From a virus: DNA of 64,000 nucleotides. Both the position numbers and the translations under genes were made by a program. Each line of letters starts with the position of its first letter. Positions within the stretch are counted from its first letter, which is position 1. Under the pieces are notes generated by a model. It did no database searches. It was not told where the DNA came from and was given only the letters and a program-made list of their open reading frames with translations. Below, piece by piece: positions 57,979-64,000 of the stretch. The DNA is taken from positions 32,001 to 96,000 of the IMG/VR virus record IMGVR_UViG_3300022602_002120; one strand, 5' to 3'.

Positions 57979-58503
57979 ATGACAATCAATGTTTATGATA
58001 ATTACCAATGGAAAACACCAAAAGCAATGTATGTTTGGAATGCCAATGCTTGGACTGAAACAAAGTCAGTAAGCATTTATTCAAATGGCTCTTGGCATAC
58101 TCTGCATAATACCGCTGTAATTTCGTCTAATGTTACTAATGCAAACTTGTATTCGATTATGGGTAGTCCTACTGAACCTATTAACATAAAGGTCACAGTA
58201 GCTGCTGGGGTATGGGTTACTAGTGTTAACGCTAACGTTGCTAGTTTTAGCGTAAGCGGATTTCCAGCAGGTAGTAGAATTTATTTGGTTAACCAAGGCA
58301 CTATTCGGGGTGCTACAGGTAATACAGGATGGCCGGGCGGCAATGCTATATCGACTGTAAATTCATTAACCATTAACAACACTGGCTCTATCATTGGTGG
58401 ATCAGCAAATGCCATCGTAAGTGCAGGACAGGGTTATTATTTAAGTGGTAGCTCACTTACTAATTTTGAGAATAGCGGAACATTGCTAGGACTAGTTAAA
58501 TAA
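57979..58503 (+). CDS. Putative fibre-tip adhesin, gp38-like but short (174 aa)
   Basis: Trp-rich N-terminus, then LVNQGTIRG..G..GGNAI..LTINNTGSIIGG pattern resembling T-even gp38 adhesins. Confidence 0.5.
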   Translation: MTINVYDNYQWKTPKAMYVWNANAWTETKSVSIYSNGSWHTLHNTAVISSNVTNANLYSIMGSPTEPINIKVTVAAGVWVTSVNANVASFSVSGFPAGSRIYLVNQGTIRGATGNTGWPGGNAISTVNSLTINNTGSIIGGSANAIVSAGQGYYLSGSSLTNFENSGTLLGLVK

Positions 58504-58508
58504 CTAAG

Positions 58509-58515
58509 ATAAATA
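58509..58515 (+). promoter_or_regulatory. Late promoter motif ATAAATA
   Basis: gataaata upstream of tail fibre 3. Confidence 0.6.
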
Positions 58516-58540
58516 ATATAATATTAAATAGGTTACAAAT

Positions 58541-60427
58541 ATGTCATATACAGTTACTACAACAGCTGGTAAAACCGTAGCTACAGTAGCAGACGGTACA
58601 GTTAATACCACAGCTACAAGCCTTACCCTTATTGGTAAGAACTATGCTGGTTATGGTATTTTCTTAAACGAAAACTATGTTACTTTACTAGAGAACTTTA
58701 GTAATAGCACACCACCAAGCGCACCATTAACAGGTCAACTATGGTACGATAATGTAAATGATATCTTAAAAGTATATAACTCAGCTTCAAACGTTTGGAA
58801 ACCTATTTCAAGTTCAATTTCCCAAGGTACCGCACCTAGTGCTAGCATTTCAGTTACCGGTGATATCTGGTGGGACACAACTAACGCACAATTAAAAATA
58901 TGGTCAGGTAGTGCTTGGATCACGATTGGTCCTACATACACAGCAACATCTGGTACATCAGGCCCAGTTACACAAAGCATCAACGATACTGGCGGCAACC
59001 CACACGTAGTAACTATGTTCTATGTGTCGAATAGTATTATTGCTATCTTAAGCAAAGATGCTACCTTTACACCACAAACAGCAATACCTGGATTTAGTAC
59101 AATTATTCCGGGTATGAACTTAATCAGTCAAAGTACACTATCAGGTGCACAATTCACAGGTGCTACAACAGGAGCAAGTACATTGGGTGGACTATCAGCT
59201 AGCCAATTCTTGCGTAGTGATATTGCACAAACAACCAATTACGCATTTGGTGCAGCCGGCGGCTTAACTGTAGGTAGTGATCTAAGTATTACTACTAGCT
59301 CGGGTACAGCGGTATTTGCAGAAAGCACAAATAATAAAAATATTGTATTTAATATAAACCAAAGCAATACCCCAACTACAGCATTAACCCTACAAGCATC
59401 TACTAACACAGTAGCAGTAGCTGGCCCATTAACAGTAGGCAGCGGAGCAACAGTTACAGGTGCTATTACAGGTACAAGTTACTTAAACGTAGCAGGCAAT
59501 GTCATGTCTGCTGGTGGTATCTTTAACGGATTAACAGTCAATGGAGCAACAAACCATTCTGGAAATATTACACCAACAGCAAATAATGTATCGTATTTAG
59601 GTAATGCCACAAATAGATACAACACAATTTACGGTGTAAACTTAGATGTGTTGACATTAACTACTGGCGGTGCAACAACATTTACACAGGTTAATAGTAG
59701 CGGTAACGTATTAGCACAAGCTGGTACATTTAACGACATGACCATTAATGGTATTACTAGAGTTACTGGTCTTACAAACTACTTAAATGTAACTGGTAAT
59801 ATTATGGGTGCTACGGCTACGTTTGGCACAGCAAACGTAAACGGTGCGATTAACTCAACTGGCCTTATTAATACAAGCGGCAACGTAAGTGCTAGCCAAG
59901 GTAGCTTTGGATCTATTGTTATCACAGGTAGCATGACACCATCTGCTAACATTTCAGCTAGCCAAAACTTAGGTAGTGCATCTAATTGGTTTGGTACTGT
60001 ATATTCTAATAGATTCCAAGGCGTATCAGTTAACGCATTATACGCTGACTTGGCAGAAAATTATTCAGCTGACGCCGCCTATGAGCCAGGTACAGTTGTA
60101 CAACTCAGTGGCGAACAAGAAATTACTATTTGTGATATAGATCTAAGCGATAATGTATTTGGAGTAGTAAGTACTGATCCGGCATATTTGATGAACAGTG
60201 GATTAACTGGTGAATATGTTGCAGCTGTGGCGTTAATAGGACGTACACCTGTTAGAGTAACAGGACAGGTTACAAAAGGTGATCGTTTAGTATCGGCAGG
60301 TAATGGTCTAGCACGAGCAGCAACTAATGGTGAAGCAACATCATTTAATGTAATTGGCCGTAGTTTAGAAGACAAAACAACGTTGACAGAAGGCATCGTT
60401 GAAGCTATAGTTAAATTAAACAGTTAA
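58541..60427 (+). CDS. Tail fibre protein 3 with C-terminal peptidase G2-like (intramolecular chaperone) domain (628 aa)
   Basis: Shared N-terminal domain; C-terminal YADLAENY..YEPGTV..GVVSTDPAYLMN..VAL.GRTPVRV.G.V.KGDRLV. Confidence 0.8.
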   Translation: MSYTVTTTAGKTVATVADGTVNTTATSLTLIGKNYAGYGIFLNENYVTLLENFSNSTPPSAPLTGQLWYDNVNDILKVYNSASNVWKPISSSISQGTAPSASISVTGDIWWDTTNAQLKIWSGSAWITIGPTYTATSGTSGPVTQSINDTGGNPHVVTMFYVSNSIIAILSKDATFTPQTAIPGFSTIIPGMNLISQSTLSGAQFTGATTGASTLGGLSASQFLRSDIAQTTNYAFGAAGGLTVGSDLSITTSSGTAVFAESTNNKNIVFNINQSNTPTTALTLQASTNTVAVAGPLTVGSGATVTGAITGTSYLNVAGNVMSAGGIFNGLTVNGATNHSGNITPTANNVSYLGNATNRYNTIYGVNLDVLTLTTGGATTFTQVNSSGNVLAQAGTFNDMTINGITRVTGLTNYLNVTGNIMGATATFGTANVNGAINSTGLINTSGNVSASQGSFGSIVITGSMTPSANISASQNLGSASNWFGTVYSNRFQGVSVNALYADLAENYSADAAYEPGTVVQLSGEQEITICDIDLSDNVFGVVSTDPAYLMNSGLTGEYVAAVALIGRTPVRVTGQVTKGDRLVSAGNGLARAATNGEATSFNVIGRSLEDKTTLTEGIVEAIVKLNS

Positions 60428-60436
60428 GGAATAGAA

Positions 60437-61375
60437 ATGGCGTACTCATCAGGTGGATTAATAGCAGCAACGGACTATAACACATTTGCGTCCGGTGCAA
60501 CAACTAACGCTTCAAATAATTTAAATTTTGTTTGGAGTACGGGCAATGGATCTTATGGATATGGACAAACCGCTGTTGGGCAAGTAGCATCTACTAACAC
60601 AGTAACAGCTACTCAATGGGCTAGTCTTATTAATACATTAAATAATGCGTTAACACACCAAGCTGGTTCGGGTAGTGGTATTAGTGCGCCAACCGCAGGT
60701 GGTACTATTACTTGGTTAAGTACACTGTCAAGCAGTATTGGTACAGCATATTCTAATAGGTTAAATTATGCTGCCCAAGGTAGTACAACTACAGGTAGCG
60801 GATATGGCTATGAGATTACTGGCACAAATGCTACATTTTCTGGGACATTTACGCGAACAATAACATGGTCAAGTGGAGATGCAGCACGTTATTTCTTTAA
60901 CTGTGGTGGCCAAATTAATTGGGTAATTACAAGTGCAGCAAATAATAACGGAACGCTACGTAGTGCTGACTTAGCTACTCAGTGGGCAACATATCAAGCA
61001 GGCGGTAGCATTAAAAATAACTCAGCTGTGCCTCGTACGGGTTCCGGTGGTACAGTAAATACCAGCGCAACTAGTTTAGGATACTGGAGTTTAACGACAT
61101 CGGCTCAGACTATTAGTCAAATTACATCAGCTAATTATCGTTATGAATATAACAGTGATTATACCTATGTTCAAGCATACACAAGCGCACAGAATGCGTC
61201 AGGCAACGGCGATCACGGTGCTGTAATTTATCTAGTATTTGGTTGGTATATGTATGAAACATACGCTGGTCTAAATGACAACGTCGACGTAACGGTTAAC
61301 CATCGTATTGACATTGTAGCTCCAAGTACTAGCGGTGGTCTTTCAGCATCGTGGGGTCTTCCAACTATCACATAA
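60437..61375 (+). CDS. Virion structural protein (312 aa)
   Basis: S/T/G-rich; GYGQ..V..T.TQW and ARYFFNCGG motifs; AAGGA RBS; last gene of the fibre operon. Confidence 0.65.
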   Translation: MAYSSGGLIAATDYNTFASGATTNASNNLNFVWSTGNGSYGYGQTAVGQVASTNTVTATQWASLINTLNNALTHQAGSGSGISAPTAGGTITWLSTLSSSIGTAYSNRLNYAAQGSTTTGSGYGYEITGTNATFSGTFTRTITWSSGDAARYFFNCGGQINWVITSAANNNGTLRSADLATQWATYQAGGSIKNNSAVPRTGSGGTVNTSATSLGYWSLTTSAQTISQITSANYRYEYNSDYTYVQAYTSAQNASGNGDHGAVIYLVFGWYMYETYAGLNDNVDVTVNHRIDIVAPSTSGGLSASWGLPTIT

Positions 61376-61379
61376 TTGG

Positions 61380-61408
61380 TTGCTTTTTGCAGCCATTGGT
61401 GCTATACT
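61380..61408 (+). promoter_or_regulatory. Host sigma70-type promoter TTGCTT-N17-TATACT with extended -10 (TGn)
   Basis: -35 at 61380-61385, TG at 61400-61401, -10 at 61403-61408. Confidence 0.75.
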
Positions 61409-61422
61409 AGATAATTACTAGT

Positions 61423-61737
61423 ATGAGCGACTTAGACAAACTTACCCAAGAAATACGTTTAGCCACTGACTATCAAGTCAATAAGCGTATCTTACGAGAA
61501 AAAATTCAAACTGACCTACAGGTAACACATAACAGCGGACTGTTTAAGGTTAACCCAGAGCTGATAGCGTTCCTCAACGCCTGGGACTCTAGTGAATTAT
61601 ACCTAGAAGATACCTATAACAACCCAATCAAAGTAAACAGACTTGAGTTTCTAGAACTGTGTAAACAACATTATCAAATGGTAATGAACACATGGCATAT
61701 TCAACATGATGAAATCAAACGTGCCCGCAAAGTCTAG
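61423..61737 (+). CDS. Hypothetical protein (104 aa)
   Basis: Clean ORF after the promoter, overlapping the next gene; function not recognised. Confidence 0.7.
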   Translation: MSDLDKLTQEIRLATDYQVNKRILREKIQTDLQVTHNSGLFKVNPELIAFLNAWDSSELYLEDTYNNPIKVNRLEFLELCKQHYQMVMNTWHIQHDEIKRARKV

Positions 61738-62515
61738 AGGTGTACTACTATTTGCATTTAACACAGAAAAGACCAGCTATGTTACTATAGCTGAACGTTC
61801 TGCACGCATTGTTAAACACACCACAGGGCTTCCTGTTACCTTGGTTACAGAACAAGGAACCACCGCAGAAGGGTTTGACAACATAATATATGTTGGCAAT
61901 GAACTTAAAAATTACAAAGTGGGCGAGCAAGGAAGCTGGCGTAATGGCGACCGTTGGCGTGCATATGAACTAAGTCCCTACGATGAAACTATCCTAATAG
62001 ACAGCGACTATCTAATGTTAGATGATAATTTACTTAAGTTATTAGAACAAGACTTTGACTATCGCATAATGTCATACAATAATAAACCTGCCACAGCCTG
62101 GACTCTAAAGATGGGCTTGTTTAGTCATGATTACCTTTGGGCTACTGTAGTTCTATTCCGCAAAACAGCTCGTACTAAACTGTTATTTGATCTAGTTGGG
62201 CGCATTCAACGCAATTATCTATACTATGTGAAACTCTATCACATGCGTGAAGGTAACTTCCGCAATGACTATGCTTTTACTATTGCTAACAATATCCTAA
62301 ATGGCTACGATCTAAGTTTTGGTCAAGGTATAGTTACACCTATGCTGACATTTGCTGATGTAACTACTAGCATTACAGTTAAAAACTCTATGCTAGTGGT
62401 CAAAGAACGTGAAAAAGCCTATGTAATACCTCGTCAGAACATACATGTTATGGACAAAGGATATTTACTCAGCGATAACTTTGGCAACTTTGTGGATACT
62501 GTATGCGCAGAATAG
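61706..62515 (+). CDS. GT-A fold glycosyltransferase-like protein
   Basis: GVLLFAFN..Y, YELSPYDETILIDSDYL (DxD), WATV.LFRK motifs. Confidence 0.7.
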   Translation: MMKSNVPAKSRGVLLFAFNTEKTSYVTIAERSARIVKHTTGLPVTLVTEQGTTAEGFDNIIYVGNELKNYKVGEQGSWRNGDRWRAYELSPYDETILIDSDYLMLDDNLLKLLEQDFDYRIMSYNNKPATAWTLKMGLFSHDYLWATVVLFRKTARTKLLFDLVGRIQRNYLYYVKLYHMREGNFRNDYAFTIANNILNGYDLSFGQGIVTPMLTFADVTTSITVKNSMLVVKEREKAYVIPRQNIHVMDKGYLLSDNFGNFVDTVCAE

Positions 62516-63369
62516 CTCAACATCAAGCACAGCAAGGTTTCTTTACCATTGCGCAGAATACTCCAGATGTAGATTATCTACAGCTAGCATACCTACAGGC
62601 CTTGAGCATTAAGTTAACCATGCCAGATAGCCTATATGCTGTGGCTGTTGATAAACCAACACTAGAATCTGTAACTGACCAGCATCGCCAGGTATTTGAC
62701 TATATTATTACCATAGAGCATGATGAAGCTGTCAATGACGATTGGAAGTTACGCAATGAATGGCAAGTGTTTTTCCTAACTCCGTTTAAAGAAACTATTA
62801 AATTAGAAAGTGATATTGTGTTTACCCGTAGTATTGCTCATTGGTGGCATACCTTTAGATTAAAGAACATTGTACTTAGTCAAGGATGTAAAGATTACTA
62901 TGGTAAGAACAGCATGGATAGAACATATCGCCAACTGTTTGATGATAATCAATTACCTGATGTATATAATGGACTGATGTATTATCGTTATAGCCCGGAA
63001 GCCGCTGAGTTCTTTTGGTACGCACGACACATATTTCAAAACTGGAATATAGTTAAAGACCTATTAATTAAGTGCTACGACGATGAGCCTACTACAGATG
63101 TAGTGTATGCTCTAGCGGCTAAGATAGTAGGGGTAGAAACCTGTACTATTCCTGGTGTAGATTTTATTAACTTTACACATATGAAGCCTGCAATTAACAA
63201 ATTTAGTTCAGCATTACCATGGCATGAATTAGCTGTATACGAACTTGAATTACCTATGGTTAGAATTAACAACATTAACCAATACCACCCTCTACATTAC
63301 CAAGATAAGAGTTGGGCCTCAGATGAACTAATCAAGGAATACGAAGATGGATTGGCAAGAAGAGTTTAA
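62503..63369 (+). CDS. GT-A fold glycosyltransferase-like protein, paralog of the previous gene
   Basis: QGFFTIAQN..DY, LTPFKETIKLESDI (ExD variant), VYNGLMYY, FTHMK, LHYQDK. Confidence 0.65.
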   Translation: MRRIAQHQAQQGFFTIAQNTPDVDYLQLAYLQALSIKLTMPDSLYAVAVDKPTLESVTDQHRQVFDYIITIEHDEAVNDDWKLRNEWQVFFLTPFKETIKLESDIVFTRSIAHWWHTFRLKNIVLSQGCKDYYGKNSMDRTYRQLFDDNQLPDVYNGLMYYRYSPEAAEFFWYARHIFQNWNIVKDLLIKCYDDEPTTDVVYALAAKIVGVETCTIPGVDFINFTHMKPAINKFSSALPWHELAVYELELPMVRINNINQYHPLHYQDKSWASDELIKEYEDGLARRV

Positions 63370-63700
63370 TGCGGCTATAGCTGCAATGGCAATCGTGCCA
63401 GAACCTATAGAATATCGCTTGCATTATGATGATGGCGGTAATATTATTATGTGTACGATGCAGCAACACCCAAAAGACACAGAATACTTGGTTGTAGATA
63501 AAGAAATCTACGAAAATTATGCTCGTTATCGTGTAAATGTTGATAAAAAACGTCTAATAAAGATTGACATAAACCCAGGGGTGAGTGTACAATTAAAACG
63601 TAGCAATCAAGGATTTAAAACTGTAAAACATCATGCTGGCTTATTAATAGAGCCAGATGAAACCTATGAAGATATAGAATACTATGACACAACTTATTGA
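63347..63700 (+). CDS. Hypothetical protein (117 aa)
   Basis: Overlaps both neighbours in the GT cluster; YRLHYDD.G.I motif; function unknown. Confidence 0.65.
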   Translation: MDWQEEFNAAIAAMAIVPEPIEYRLHYDDGGNIIMCTMQQHPKDTEYLVVDKEIYENYARYRVNVDKKRLIKIDINPGVSVQLKRSNQGFKTVKHHAGLLIEPDETYEDIEYYDTTY

Positions 63701-64000
63701 TATAGCTGACTTGGACGTAATTTACCTAACATATGACGAACCTAATAAAGAACAAAATTGGATTAAAATTCAAAACATGGTACCATGGGCAAAAAGGGTT
63801 GACGGGGTTAAGGGATCTGACGCCGCACACAAAGCGTGCGCTGACATCAGTGATACAGATCGTTTTGTGGTCATTGACGGTGATAATATTCCCGATCCAC
63901 AATTTTTTAACCTTCAGCTTGCTCTCGATGATACTAGTAGCGGATGCGTATTTCGCTGGCGTGCTCGCAACTTTATTAATGGGCTACAGTACGGAAACGG
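63684..64000 (+). CDS. Partial CDS (runs off window end); GT-A/GT2-like protein
   Basis: Manual translation: MTQLIDIADLDVIYLTYDEPNKEQNW..RVDGVKGSDAAHKACA..FVVIDGDN (DxD). Confidence 0.65.
   Translation, partial: MTQLIDIADLDVIYLTYDEPNKEQNWIKIQNMVPWAKRVDGVKGSDAAHKACADISDTDRFVVIDGDNIPDPQFFNLQLALDDTSSGCVFRWRARNFINGLQYGN

Noticed and set aside
1524-60396. Numerous 60-150 aa ORFs antisense to or nested in long genes (e.g. 1524..1844, 3519..3764, 9223..9483, 19307..19720, 35489..35935, 60079..60396)
   Set aside because: Shadow ORFs of biased-codon structural genes; no RBS or promoter, no recognisable motifs.
1-64000. CRISPR array or diversity-generating retroelement
   Set aside because: No regularly spaced non-coding repeats, no reverse transcriptase, and no adenine-specific TR/VR pair noticed; all repeats found are in-frame coding repeats.
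1-64000. Stop-codon reassignment, as in some large phages
   Set aside because: Core genes and a 13.7-kb ORF are intact under the standard code, with dense packing.

Overview
A 64-kb, AT-rich, gene-dense segment of a large T4-superfamily (myovirus-like) phage genome, read with the standard genetic code. Layout: (1-12.7 kb, minus) fibre/virion structural genes and two paralogous head-decoration-like genes; (13.2-21.8 kb, minus) head module: major capsid gp23, scaffold gp22, protease gp21, acidic core protein, portal gp20, then a probable tape measure; (21.9-23.0 kb, plus) gp26-like and gp51-like pair; (23.0-23.5 kb) the only large non-coding stretch, relatively GC-rich and helix-dense; (23.5-29.8 kb, minus) gp55-like late sigma, gp47/gp46, two radical SAM enzymes, an Hc1-type histone-like protein and a minimal GIY-YIG nuclease; (29.8-61.4 kb, plus) baseplate (tube initiator, gp53, hub, gp5, gp25, gp6), a 4567-aa giant structural protein and tail fibres; (61.4-64 kb, plus) a glycosyltransferase-like cluster. 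(A)TAAATA late-promoter motifs precede many structural genes. Best leads: a roughly 450-nt candidate structured RNA abutting the GIY-YIG gene at the end of a tightly coupled operon; a U-UUU-UUC -1 frameshift that would fuse the gp26-like and gp51-like ORFs; a three-way-junction leader RNA sharing a 16-nt motif with the large element; a T4-style hairpin that occludes an RBS and contains a late promoter; and a possible virion-glycosylation module. All product calls come from motif recognition by eye; no database searches or folding programs were run.
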